Notes: generated from the letters alone by a model not told the origin. A DNA stretch of 32,000 nucleotides from Saccharolobus solfataricus (GCF_900079115.1 NZ_LT549890.1:90001-122000), one strand, 5' to 3'. Positions 17,131 to 26,028 are shown, numbered from the stretch's first letter. Made by a program: numbers and translations.

Positions 17131-18707
17131 ACGATATAATTGTCTACAGCTGTTTTTAATGTCTTCTTTAATTGTAGATAATAATCAAGCCCATCTACTA
17201 ATGCCATAACCGAAGCTTCAACTACACTCTTAGATACTCCTTCAGTTCTCCAATTCATTTTATTATCAGTAAATTCTATGGTAACTCTAACAACGCTTTC
17301 AGTATTCTTAATCTCACTAGGCAATATTACCCTATAATCTATTAGCTTAACTTCACCTATTTCTGGATATACTCTCTGAAGTGCCATTCTTAATGCTCTA
17401 TCTATCGCATTAACTGGACCTACGCCCTCAGCAACTTCAAGCTGAGAATTAACTTTAACAATCCCTATAGAAAGACCATTATTTTCATTTATTACCTTCC
17501 AATATTCTAGATTTATATAGTTCTTATAAATGTTCAACTCCTTTAATGTTATTAGTATTGCGGAAGCCGGTCCAACATCAAAACTATATCCTCTAGCCTC
17601 TAGTTCCTTAATCTTATTTAAAGCCTTTTTAAGCCTTTCATCTTTCTTATCAACCGCTATTCCTAAGCCTTGTAAATATGAGACCAGATTAGCAGTTCCA
17701 GACAATTCTGAAATTACAAACTTCCTATCGTTACCCACTAATGAAGGATCAACGTGTTCATATGCTCTAGGTACCTTCATTACAGCATCTACATGAACAC
17801 CAGCTTTGTGCGCAAAAGCATTATCACCAACATAAGGTTGGTAAGGATTAGGAGGTAATCCTAATATTTCATATACTATCCTTGAAACCTCTCTCAATTT
17901 CCTTAAACTCTCTTGACCATTTAATGCATTTAATCCCATTTTTAATATTAGCGTTGGTATTATCTGTATTAGGTCAGCATTGCCAGTTCTCTCGCCAATC
18001 CCGTTGATTGTTCCTTGAACATGTCTAGCTCCCGCCTTTATAGCCATTAGAGAGTTAGCAACTGCACATCCTATGTCATTATGAGCGTGAATTCCTAACT
18101 TAACCTGTAGAACTTCCCTAACTTTCTTGGTTATCTCATAAACCTCAAACGGTGGAGTTCCACCATTTGTATCAGCTAAAGCAATTACATCTGCCCCAGC
18201 GGACTCTGCAGTTTTTACTACCTCTAGTGCATATTCCGGATCCTCTTTAAAGCCTTGATAGAAGTGCTCTGCATCAAATATTACCTTAAGTCCATGCGAT
18301 TTCAAATAATTAATACTATCATATACTATATCTAAATTGTCTTGTTTAGTTACCTTAAGGACTTCGGTAGCATGCAGTGACCAAGACTTACCAAATATCA
18401 CAGCAACGTCCACATCCGCTTTCACTATACTATTTAAGCTAATATCTTCCTTTACACTAACATCCTTTCTTTTGGTACTCCCAAAAGCAGCTATTTTAGC
18501 CTTAGATAGTCTGTATTTCTTTATCTCTCTAAAGAACTCCTCATCCTTAGGGTTAGATCCTGGCCATCCCCCTTCGATATAGTCTACTCCAAGCTCATCT
18601 AAGAGTAATGCTATCTTAATCTTATCATTTAGAGTAAAAGATATATTTGCTCCTTGTGAACCATCTCTTAATGTTGTATCTAGAACCTCAACAGATTTCT
18701 TGGACAC
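17127..18707 (-). CDS. (R)-citramalate / 2-isopropylmalate synthase family enzyme with C-terminal LeuA-type regulatory domain
   Basis: Motifs LDTTLRDGSQ, HAHNDIGCAVANSL and GERTGNADL. I place the start at GTG 18707 (VSKKSVEVLDTTLRDG), not the ORF-track ATG 18788. The 27-aa extension is hydrophobic junk and would overlap the divergent gene. Confidence 0.85.
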   Translation of the reverse strand: MSKKSVEVLDTTLRDGSQGANISFTLNDKIKIALLLDELGVDYIEGGWPGSNPKDEEFFREIKKYRLSKAKIAAFGSTKRKDVSVKEDISLNSIVKADVDVAVIFGKSWSLHATEVLKVTKQDNLDIVYDSINYLKSHGLKVIFDAEHFYQGFKEDPEYALEVVKTAESAGADVIALADTNGGTPPFEVYEITKKVREVLQVKLGIHAHNDIGCAVANSLMAIKAGARHVQGTINGIGERTGNADLIQIIPTLILKMGLNALNGQESLRKLREVSRIVYEILGLPPNPYQPYVGDNAFAHKAGVHVDAVMKVPRAYEHVDPSLVGNDRKFVISELSGTANLVSYLQGLGIAVDKKDERLKKALNKIKELEARGYSFDVGPASAILITLKELNIYKNYINLEYWKVINENNGLSIGIVKVNSQLEVAEGVGPVNAIDRALRMALQRVYPEIGEVKLIDYRVILPSEIKNTESVVRVTIEFTDNKMNWRTEGVSKSVVEASVMALVDGLDYYLQLKKTLKTAVDNYIV

Positions 18708-18726
18708 CGAACATAGGTGAAAAATA

Positions 18727-19305
18727 ATGGGGAGGTTTAAAAGCTTTAATGATAATAATAGAAAATCATATTTCATTTTTAGTGCCATAATGCTAATAAT
18801 CTTTTTAATAGCATTGACCCTTTTGTTAGAAATCCCAAACTATTTTCCAAATTATAAATATATTAGCCTTGTTTACAAAAGCAATCTCAAAAACGTGGAA
18901 ATATCACCCAATTTGGGTATAAATATCGCAAACGTCACTATAAATGATTTTAATAATACGTTAATAGCATTTACTACAAACACTTCTACAACTAATATTT
19001 CAGTCATAAATGAATTTGGCAAGACCATTATTAACCAGCAAGGGTACATAGGAATAAAATTGCAAAATGGCTCTTACAAGGTATTTCTGATAAATACTGG
19101 ACGGAATACTGCATATTTAACCTTTGATTACGGTGTGTTTAACTATAATATAGTTTCTTCATTTTACTCATCTCTAGGTTTACTTAAAGTAATCTATGAA
19201 ATTATCATGGCAGGAAGCCTAATAATAGGTTTGTATTCGATTATCAGAGGAATAAGTAAAGGAAGTAATATTAGTAAGAGGTTAAGGCTGAGAAAAAAGA
19301 ACTGA
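18727..19305 (+). CDS. Membrane-anchored hypothetical protein (N- and C-terminal helices, N/T-rich middle)
   Basis: Hydrophobic helix MLIIFLIALTLLLEI, and a C-terminal helix followed by the basic tail KRLRLRKKN. The start is more likely Met22 (18790), which leaves room for two divergent promoters. Confidence 0.5.
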   Translation: MGRFKSFNDNNRKSYFIFSAIMLIIFLIALTLLLEIPNYFPNYKYISLVYKSNLKNVEISPNLGINIANVTINDFNNTLIAFTTNTSTTNISVINEFGKTIINQQGYIGIKLQNGSYKVFLINTGRNTAYLTFDYGVFNYNIVSSFYSSLGLLKVIYEIIMAGSLIIGLYSIIRGISKGSNISKRLRLRKKN

Positions 19306-20103
19306 TTTAAGCCAAATCAATACATCAGTTATGAAACTAGGTCCCATATGAGCTAAATAGTCACCTTTAGTGAAAATCAGACGCTTATTTAGTAGTTGAA
19401 ATAGGTCTCTTTTTCGTAAAATCGAATAAAATCTCTCTTTTTCGTAATCTGTAAGCCTTTTTGGTTCATAAATTATAATATCTGGATCTCTCTTTAAGAT
19501 TTCCTCATCTTTGGGCGTGAAATAGGCTTCGGAAATATCGTCAAAAATATTAGTACTACCTAACAGTGAAATTCCATCACTGATATGAGTTGGAAAACCT
19601 ACTGTTATAGGTCCACCTAGATCAAGTTCAATATAGACCTTTATCTTTTTCTTATAACACCTAGCTCTAAGTCCATCTATAACGTTATAAAGACTATAAT
19701 ATAATTCTCTAGCTTTTTCATAGACTCCTAAAACGTTTCCAATGAGTAAAACGTTATTTAAAATGCTTGCAATGTTAGTGGGGACTGGTAAGGGATATAC
19801 GTTAAAACCTAAACCAATTAATTTTCTCGTCAATTCCTTCTGCGCTCCTGCAGTAGTGAATATTATGTCTGGATTGATTTGCTTTAAAATATCGACATTA
19901 ACGTGAGTATAACTACCTATTTTTAATGTTCTTCTCGCATCTTCCGGTCTATAACTAAAGGCATCTGTGGCCTTAACCTTTTCTCCTAAGCCTAAAAGGA
20001 ATATTATCTCCGTAGAAGCAGGATCTAGACTAACTATTTTGGTTATTGGCCTTTGAATTTTTATATAATCATCTTGTAATGGATTATAAACTCTTACACT
20101 CAT
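19282..20103 (-). CDS. BtuF/TroA-type (Fe/B12 class) periplasmic-binding-fold protein without a signal peptide
   Basis: ITKIVSLDPASTEIIFLLGLGEKVKATD and NPDIIFT are typical of the cluster A PBP fold. There is no N-terminal hydrophobic segment. Confidence 0.65.
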   Translation of the reverse strand: MSVRVYNPLQDDYIKIQRPITKIVSLDPASTEIIFLLGLGEKVKATDAFSYRPEDARRTLKIGSYTHVNVDILKQINPDIIFTTAGAQKELTRKLIGLGFNVYPLPVPTNIASILNNVLLIGNVLGVYEKARELYYSLYNVIDGLRARCYKKKIKVYIELDLGGPITVGFPTHISDGISLLGSTNIFDDISEAYFTPKDEEILKRDPDIIIYEPKRLTDYEKERFYSILRKRDLFQLLNKRLIFTKGDYLAHMGPSFITDVLIWLKSVLFSQP

Positions 20104-20136
20104 TTACCAAAATTAATAGAATACGTCCTATTATGT

Positions 20137-21018
20137 TTATTTAACTCCAAGGCAAGTTATAACTCCGAATGCTCTTCGCACATCCTTTAGTAAAACCTTA
20201 ACTTTTAATTCTTTAAGCAATGCCTCACAAGAACTTCTCTCATCAACGTCAGAGCCGTATATAATATTAGAGTAATAGTATTTCGTAATTTGATGTAATT
20301 TCTTATCGTTTTTTAATGAAGAAGGAACTACTATATAATCTATTCTATCGTTTAGAATATAAAGTGATTTTAAGGTCATCCTTAAGGAATAAACAAGAAC
20401 ATCTAGGGGAGTAGATTCTAGATACCTTATACCAATGTAAATTCCAGAAGGTATTAAGTATAGTCTATTACTGCTCTTATCTTCCATACTATCAACATTT
20501 TCAGAAATTATTAAATCCGCTTTTGTCTTATGGTCAACTAATGAGTATCCATCATATAATATATAATTGCCCTTATAAGAGTCCACGTAGACATTAACCT
20601 TTCCTTCAGTTACCAGTTTCTTATTTAGGGAGTTCACAATCTTGCGATCATAGCCATAAATAGAAAACCCATTAAGCCAGCTAAACTCTTCTACACTATA
20701 TAATCCCTTAACTCCGGTAGATGTTGTTAAGACTAAATTCGCACCTAAGGAGTCAGCTAAAAAACTGGATATTAAGGAACCACCTGAATGTTCTTTTGTC
20801 AACGGAATTACAGAACTGCCGTCTGGTACAACGTTTATTATAATTTTATTATGAAACTTTGCAAAATACTTCCTTATGGTATTATTGATAGAATTAACAG
20901 AAATTATAATATCAGGGTCATTATAGACGATCCAATATCCAAGTTCACTGAACAATCCCTTTATTTGCTTCACCAGATCTTTATTAACACCGTTAACTAG
21001 AATCCTTGATACATACAA
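20137..21018 (-). CDS. cbiG: CbiG-like cobalamin-biosynthesis/salvage protein
   Basis: The central block VVPDGSSVIPLTKEHSGGSLISSFLADSLGANLVLTTSTGVKG matches the CbiG core pattern (vvD..g..vIpLl.gH.GGaN.la..iA..lGa.pViTTatD). The C-terminal domain IGIRYLESTP is diverged from GIGCRRG. Confidence 0.55.
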   Translation of the reverse strand: MYVSRILVNGVNKDLVKQIKGLFSELGYWIVYNDPDIIISVNSINNTIRKYFAKFHNKIIINVVPDGSSVIPLTKEHSGGSLISSFLADSLGANLVLTTSTGVKGLYSVEEFSWLNGFSIYGYDRKIVNSLNKKLVTEGKVNVYVDSYKGNYILYDGYSLVDHKTKADLIISENVDSMEDKSSNRLYLIPSGIYIGIRYLESTPLDVLVYSLRMTLKSLYILNDRIDYIVVPSSLKNDKKLHQITKYYYSNIIYGSDVDERSSCEALLKELKVKVLLKDVRRAFGVITCLGVK

Positions 21019-21059
21019 CGCATATAATTATTTTAAAAACACCTTTTTAATCTTAATTA

Positions 21060-21770
21060 TTAAATTGGAAAGCCTATAATCAGCGACATTATATACCCTG
21101 CTAACATAAAAGGAATTACTGGGATACCCCAAGCTACCCATATGTACGTATCTGCTGAAATTTTACCTTCATTGACTAATTTTGAATAAAGCTCTCGCCA
21201 ATACTTATCGTCTTCCTCTACTGAAAAATAGTCTCTCAACATTATTGAACCATCTTCCTTTACTTCAGTTAAAGGAAATAAAAACTTCGAGTTAATAAAG
21301 TCCCTTATCTTGATTCTCTTAGCAGATAATGCCAAAAGAATTTTCTTAGAAAAGGGAAGATTTCTAACATATTTATACTGTTTAACAAAATTTATTAAAC
21401 TAAATATAAGAATTATTATTGATGAATATAGTACTATAACTAAAGGCTCTAGACCTATAACTAAAAAACGACTAGGAACTAGGGAAATAACCGAAGCGTT
21501 GGCAAGACTAAGTATAACGTTTAAAAATAGATCAGCACCACCTAGTAGGGAAAGCTTATACAAAATTAAGAATAGGAGATTCGTAATTATGAACGAGTAT
21601 AAATATATAGGAAGAAACAAATTGTGAAAACTAAAAATTATAAATAAACAAAGAGGAGAGTAATAAATCCATATTTTTGGATCAACCTCTCTATATTTAA
21701 GATCTAGAATAGAAGTATGAATAAGCATTATGATGGAAAGGAAAATTTGGATATAATATATAACGATCAC
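21060..21770 (-). CDS. pibD: Class III (type IV prepilin-like) signal peptidase PibD
   Basis: Polytopic membrane protein of 236 aa. Asp23 lies in ILDLKYREV and Asp80 in LLGGADLF, the two catalytic aspartates I recall for S. solfataricus PibD (SSO0131). Confidence 0.9.
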   Translation of the reverse strand: MIVIYYIQIFLSIIMLIHTSILDLKYREVDPKIWIYYSPLCLFIIFSFHNLFLPIYLYSFIITNLLFLILYKLSLLGGADLFLNVILSLANASVISLVPSRFLVIGLEPLVIVLYSSIIILIFSLINFVKQYKYVRNLPFSKKILLALSAKRIKIRDFINSKFLFPLTEVKEDGSIMLRDYFSVEEDDKYWRELYSKLVNEGKISADTYIWVAWGIPVIPFMLAGYIMSLIIGFPI

Positions 21771-21771
21771 G

Positions 21772-21832
21772 GCAGGAAGTCCCCCTCATACAATACCCTT
21801 CTTCGGGGCTGTCAAGGGACTAGATACCCCAT
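21772..21832. repeat. Diverged second copy of the GC-rich hairpin element, immediately upstream of pibD
   Basis: The right end CTGTCAAGGGACTAGATACCCC aligns with CTGTCCTAAGGTCCCTGGATACCTC of the 16114-16182 element. Internal inverted repeat AGTCCC/GGGACT. By-eye identity is only about 60%. Confidence 0.3.
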
Positions 21833-21966
21833 AGTTTATAATAAATAATATAACATATAATAAATCTTGTGCGATATACAGTTTCACATTTGCCATTACA
21901 ATTAATATTGAAACATAAGCTATAAAATTTATGACTTTCCTTTTCTACCGTAGCAGTTGTTCTACT

Positions 21967-22360
21967 TTAACGTAGCTTAAACATTTTCATCAGACCCGGT
22001 GCACCTCCTAAATGATTTTCAATGAACTTGAGGAGCTCCTCCACGCTCTTCAGCTTAAGGGACCCGATCAGGTCCCTTACCGCGTTGACCACCATCACGA
22101 AGAGGAGCAGGTAACCGTGAAACCTTTGCCTCTTGAGGAAGGAGGAGTCCTGCATGTCCAAGGCCTTCACGTCCCTATGCAACTTCTCTATCTCCCACCT
22201 GATCTTCCAGGTAACCTCGATCATCTCGTCCTCCATGTTCAGGTCCGTGGTGTAAAAGTTGAGCCTGCTATCTTTATATTCCAGTACTAACAACTTTACT
22301 GTAATGGTATGGTCTCCCATGATCAGGTCAGCCAAGTAAGATCCGGGAGGAAGATCCCCC
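21967..22360 (-). pseudogene. C-terminal fragment of the outer IS transposase
   Basis: Carries the DDE-transposase YREK-type region TWKIRWEIEKLHRDVKAL. Its N-terminal side is cut by the inner IS end at 22361. Confidence 0.75.
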
Positions 22361-22666
22361 ACGTCAGTATGGGAATCTCATTTTTCTGATATAAATGATA
22401 ATATATGTAAGATTGAACCGCACCAGTTTTATTCAAATATAACTGCATATATTTTATGAAAATGACAGTTAATAAGTCAGTTTTCAATAGCATAATATAA
22501 ATATATAGAATTAATTTCACGTAGCTGGAAGGAGGTGCATAGGGTTAGCTGGAGTCTAGGGGAATGACGTCTTCACTTCACGGAACGCGCGTTCTTGTTC
22601 CACTCTTACCTCCCGATCGAGGAGATTCGAGAGGGAGACCGAGAACTCCCACAACTTTACCTTCCT

Positions 22667-22740
22667 CTAAGAACGGATCAAGAACCAGACATTCAAGAGA
22701 AGATAGGAAAGCAGAACGAGAACCAGTTCCTTCCTCACGT
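22667..22740 (-). pseudogene. Middle IS transposase, C-terminal 22 codons
   Basis: Joining across the inner IS gives in-frame ...RTRTCDV-RKELVLVLLSYLLLNVWFLIRS-stop (TAG, complement of 22667-22669). Confidence 0.65.
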
Positions 22741-22811
22741 GACGTTATCCAAGTTGATTAAAATGGCAATTCATGAGTAATATTAATAAGAAATTAGGAT
22801 GAGATAATATT

Positions 22812-23240
22812 ATGGTAAAGGCAATTTCAACTGAAAAGGACCTCTTGCTCAAGGTAGATAAATCCTTCCCTTGGGAAACGTTTAGGAGTAAGCTTAAGTC
22901 CCTTTACTCCAAGAAGCCCAAGTGGAACGTCATCTCACTCCTCAAAGTCCTCCTAATCAAGCTCATTTTCGACATCTCCTGGAATAACTTGGAGGGAGAA
23001 ATTAGGGACAGTAAGAGGTTTATGGACTTCTTGGGCGGGAAAATTCCACCAAAGAGCACAGTATTCTCCTTCTACAAGAAACTTCAACAAACAGTTATTC
23101 AAGAAGGCGAGACGATGAGAACAACACTAATGGATGAGTTAAACAAGGCTTTGGACAAGGTGATCAGCGAGTATAGGGAAAAGGGCTTTGAACTTGAAGT
23201 TGGGAGAGAAAAAACGATAGGTTCTAGGACTACCACATAA
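22812..23240 (+). CDS. IS5-family transposase, N-terminal ORF (InsH/DUF772-like DNA-binding part)
   Basis: KPKWNVISLLKVLLIKLIFDISWNNLEGEIRDSKRFMDFLGGKIPPKSTVFSFYKKL follows the IS5 N-terminal domain pattern. Confidence 0.7.
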   Translation: MVKAISTEKDLLLKVDKSFPWETFRSKLKSLYSKKPKWNVISLLKVLLIKLIFDISWNNLEGEIRDSKRFMDFLGGKIPPKSTVFSFYKKLQQTVIQEGETMRTTLMDELNKALDKVISEYREKGFELEVGREKTIGSRTTT

Positions 23241-23767
23241 TTGACACATTCTTCCGTGAGGCCTACCCAGGAAAGAGGAGTCTTCAAAACGGTCTTGAGA
23301 AGATCTCACTTGACCTTAAGGAGATGGGGTTCAATGACGTTTTTCTCCTCATGGGTTATACTACTTCCAAGCTCAAGAACTTCACAGCCTTTAGGAAGTA
23401 TAAGGGTAGTTGGGGTAGGAAGCACGGTAAGTCCTACTTCGGGTTTAAGGTCTGTAACCTTGTGGAAAGGAGGACTAATTTCGTTAGGGGCTTCAAGGTT
23501 GGATTGGCTAATTTGAGTGATCTAGCCTTTTCATTTGATAACGTTAAGTTAATGGCTGATAGGGCTTGGATTTCCAGGAAGGACGTCTTAGTTAAGGGTG
23601 TTGGTAGTGCTAGACTTCCGGTTGAGGGTAGTGGTGTTAAGATTAGGGAAGGTAAGGCTTCGTCTACAACCTTAAGGGGAGTGGTTATGGAGGTATTCTT
23701 CCTTAACCTCTATCGTGATCTCGAAATTCTTTCGACGAGGATTAGGACGAAGGTACTCGTTAATTAA
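23228..23767 (+). CDS. IS5-family transposase, catalytic part in the -1 frame
   Basis: This frame is open from 23228 (DYHIIDTFFREAY..., IID being a likely first Asp). The listed Met is at 23324. It overlaps ORF-A by 13 nt in the -1 frame. Confidence 0.55.
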   Translation, partial: DYHIIDTFFREAYPGKRSLQNGLEKISLDLKEMGFNDVFLLMGYTTSKLKNFTAFRKYKGSWGRKHGKSYFGFKVCNLVERRTNFVRGFKVGLANLSDLAFSFDNVKLMADRAWISRKDVLVKGVGSARLPVEGSGVKIREGKASSTTLRGVVMEVFFLNLYRDLEILSTRIRTKVLVN

Positions 23768-23952
23768 ACGAGGTTCGTTTACGTGTTTACTTGTTGTTAT
23801 GATAAATTTTATTGCAAAACTGTACAATTATCTGTATTTTCCCTTATTAATACATATTATATTATTTTTTATACTTGAATATAATGAAGAATAGTATAAT
23901 ATGAGACGTTGTAATTATAATGGCTTTTAATTTTGCTCAAATCGGACAACGT

Positions 23953-24825
23953 CACGTCACAAGTCCTAGTCCTGACCCTAAACTCCTCAAGAGAGCGGAA
24001 GGCGTTCTCTATCCCCCACCTCTCCCTGTACATCTCGGCAAGGACTATGGCATCATAAAGATCCATCTCCTTCCTCACGAGGAAGGCAATAATCTTGCCG
24101 TCTTCCTTCCTCAGGATAATGAGATAAGCTCCACTCCCATGTCTCACGCAGAGAAATCCAGTATATCTAACTCCGCCAAAACTCACATCCACATCTTGCA
24201 ACATCCCCTTGTACTTCTTGTACATCTGGGCCTTGGCAGATATGACGAAGTCCAAGCCCAACTCCAAGAGGTATCTAATCACTTCGTTCACCGCGAACTC
24301 CCTGTCCGCGAAGACTATGACGAGCCTCAGCTTGTCCTCCTCCAACTCCTTCACAATTACCTCCATCACCGCCTTGAAACCTTCAGCTACGTTCTTCACG
24401 GTCACTGGGATCACGTCCAAGAAGCTCCTCGTCCTCCCCAGGAGGAAGATCGCAGCTTGAACCAGTCCCCACGACGTCCCCTTAGTTGGCTTTATCCTAC
24501 TCAAGAAACTCTTGTCAGCGTGGTATTGAGGTATGGCATGGAAGTCCACTGCTACCCTCCTGTCCCTGACTCCCCTTAACGTCATCCTCCCCATCTTCCT
24601 CAACGCATCCCTCACGTCCTCAACTTGAACCGCGTTCAACTTTCTCAACGCTCTTCTCCCATCTTTTCCCAACCTGCTCAAGTAGCTCCCACTTGCCTTA
24701 AGCAAGGCACTGAGGAGTTCCTCAGGGAAAAGTATTTTAGTGAGGACCGAGTAAATTATCTTGAGGGCGGACCTGGCGAAGTCCCGGTTGAACTTCGCCG
24801 GTTTAGTTGTATTCTCATGTTTCAT
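23953..24825 (-). pseudogene. Middle IS transposase, N-terminal 291 codons
   Basis: DDE motifs VAVDFHAIP, IVFADREFA and YRERWGIENAFRSLE. After ...RTRTCDV the listed ORF runs into AT-rich sequence belonging to the inserted element. Confidence 0.8.
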
Positions 24826-24944
24826 ATGTTCAAGTCCGCCCTCGTATATACAAACTTTTCTACAGAAATTCTCATCCTCTCAACTTTTTCTGTATTTCAT
24901 TCATCTCGTTTTTTACGCAAAAAATGAGATTCCCATACTGACGT

Positions 24945-25407
24945 AGGGAAACGCCCCAACCAAGTAGCTCCTTCCGGTACCTAAGTCGTGCAGGGCCACA
25001 GTGAGAATCTGCATGCTGGATTCAAACCTCTTGTGCATGGAGCACCAGGCGAAGTAGTTCCCGTGCTCGCTGGCCACGTCCTCCACCCTGGCGTAGAGCT
25101 TGTGGTCGAAGGTATCGTCAATTATTGCCACGACCGGCCCGACCATCAATGTCCTCAGAGCCTCCAAGTACTTTCTCCAAGCGTCCTCCAGCTACTCCAG
25201 CGCCTTCAATAAGTTCGCGTAGTTCAGCCCGAACGAGATGGAGGCGTTCCTAATGCTGGTCCTTCCTCCGATCAAGGCCATGAGCGCTAAACCCAATGCG
25301 ACCTTCCTGCTTAACCTCTCCATCCTAAGCGTCCCAACTACGAAATTGAAGACCCTGATGAACTCGCTCCTTGCGACGTCCAGTTCCTTCCCCTTCTGGG
25401 ACTTCAC
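24945..25407 (-). pseudogene. N-terminal fragment of the outer IS transposase with an in-frame TAG
   Basis: ORFs 25192..25407 and 24913..25167 are in the same frame, separated only by TAG (25192-25194): ...LLKALE*LEDAWRKYLEALRTLMVGPVVAIIDDTF. It contains the first catalytic Asp region. The last 10 codons of ORF 24913..25167 are read from the inserted IS repeat. Confidence 0.75.
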
Positions 25408-25586
25408 AATTTTTATTCAGCCAAACATCAATCTAAAAACTTTTTTCGGTAGTACCATGGACCTAGTATTACCGAGGGAAAATAGAACAACTGCTACTAC
25501 CGAATAAAGTTTATCTCTAATCCTATAGTTAATCTATCAACACCTTACCGTAAACGCTACGAAATAGCCAATATCCCGTAGAAACC

Positions 25587-25594
25587 TTTAAAAA
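25587..25594 (+). promoter_or_regulatory. TATA box for tRNA-Val
   Basis: TTTAAAAA is centred about 34 nt upstream of the mature tRNA 5' end, consistent with a short leader. Confidence 0.4.
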
Positions 25595-25615
25595 GTTAAA
25601 GAGAATTCAAATTTG

Positions 25616-25888
25616 CTAGTAAAAGGGCCCGTCGTCTAGCTTGGTTAGGACGTCGCCCTCACACGGCGAAGATCCTGGGTTCAAGTCCCAGCGGGCCCAT
25701 GTGGGGGATACCCCCACACCCCCACTGCTATCTTTCAATTTTTCGTATGTTTCAACCACGTCAGCTAAAGGACCAACATAAGTTTCCTTTACCTCACCGT
25801 TTATCGTTTCCAATTTATAGACATAATACCGTCCTTTTCTTTCCCGTAAAATTATATTTTCACATTTAAAAGCGCGGGTTAATCCCAT
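25616..25888 (-). pseudogene. int: Int(N): N-terminal fragment of a partitioned SSV-type integrase, reading into the tRNA
   Basis: From ATG 25888 the translation is [52 protein letters not shown]. This closely matches my recollection of the SSV1 integrase N-terminus ([32 protein letters not shown]). The frame then runs antisense through the tRNA 3' half (..[10 protein letters not shown]..), as expected when attP lies inside int. Confidence 0.8.
25625..25699 (+). tRNA. trnV: tRNA-Val (anticodon CAC), 75 nt, no intron, CCA not encoded
   Basis: Hand-folded cloverleaf: acceptor GGGCCCG/CGGGCCC, D stem GTCT/GGAC, anticodon stem TCGCC/GGCGA with loop CTCACAC, T stem CTGGG/CCCAG with loop TTCAAGT, discriminator A. 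Confidence 0.95.
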
Positions 25889-26028
25889 ACTCCTACCGCT
25901 TTTTTTCCCATTCACTTTTTCACCCGTATTATGGTTTTCCGGATTTCTTTTTAAACTTTGGCAACTCCTTAATTTTTGCCATAAAATCACGGCGAATTGA
26001 AAGAAGACGGCAAAGATTCCTTAATTAC

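Larger units (their letters stand above)
22741..23952 (+). mobile_element. Innermost IS, IS5-family, 1,212 bp (ISC1212-like by size)
   Basis: Imperfect terminal inverted repeats ACGTTATCCAAGTTGA and ACGTTGTCCGATTTGA (13/16). 5-bp direct repeat CACGT at 22736-22740 and 23953-23957. Removing it restores the host transposase frame. Confidence 0.7.
22361..24944 (-). mobile_element. Middle IS (ISH3/IS4-type), about 1.37 kb of own sequence, itself interrupted
   Basis: Perfect 25-bp terminal inverted repeat ACGTCAGTATGGGAATCTCATTTTT at 22361-22385 and, reverse-complemented, 24920-24944. No flanking direct repeat. Confidence 0.8.
21950..25497 (-). mobile_element. Outer IS (IS4/IS5-type DDE), disrupted by nested insertions and a nonsense codon
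   Basis: Perfect 15-bp terminal inverted repeat GTAGCAGTTGTTCTA (21950-21964 and, reverse-complemented, 25483-25497). It is flanked by the 4-bp direct repeat TACC (21946-21949 and 25498-25501). About 964 bp remain after subtracting the insert. Confidence 0.75.

Noticed and set aside
22332-22338. CCAAGTA (also at 24960-24966) as a 7-bp target duplication of the middle IS
   Set aside because: The two copies sit 22 and 15 nt outside the perfect 25-bp inverted repeats, and the intervening sequences are not inverted repeats of each other. More likely it reflects chance or residual similarity in the outer transposase.
22012-22780. Plus-strand ORFs 22012-22290, 22564-22761 and 22595-22780, and minus-strand ORF 22323-22520
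   Set aside because: They are antisense to transposase fragments or span IS terminal repeats. The P/R/H-rich translations are the usual shadow of GC-rich coding sequence.
23209-23214. A6 run as a programmed -1 frameshift site joining the two IS5 transposase ORFs
   Set aside because: The -1 frame has a TAG at 23225-23227 downstream of the A-run, so slipping there would terminate immediately.
23920-25507. Plus-strand ORFs 23920-24579, 24209-24460, 24625-24946, 24988-25212 and 25238-25507
   Set aside because: All are shadow frames of the two minus-strand transposases, which carry clear DDE motifs. Several cross IS boundaries, which a real gene would not do.
25889-25990. 34-codon N-terminal extension of ORF 25616-25990
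   Set aside because: The recognisable integrase N-terminus begins at Met35 (ATG 25888). The extension has no similarity to the integrase pattern, and the ORF's C-terminal part is simply antisense tRNA/att sequence.
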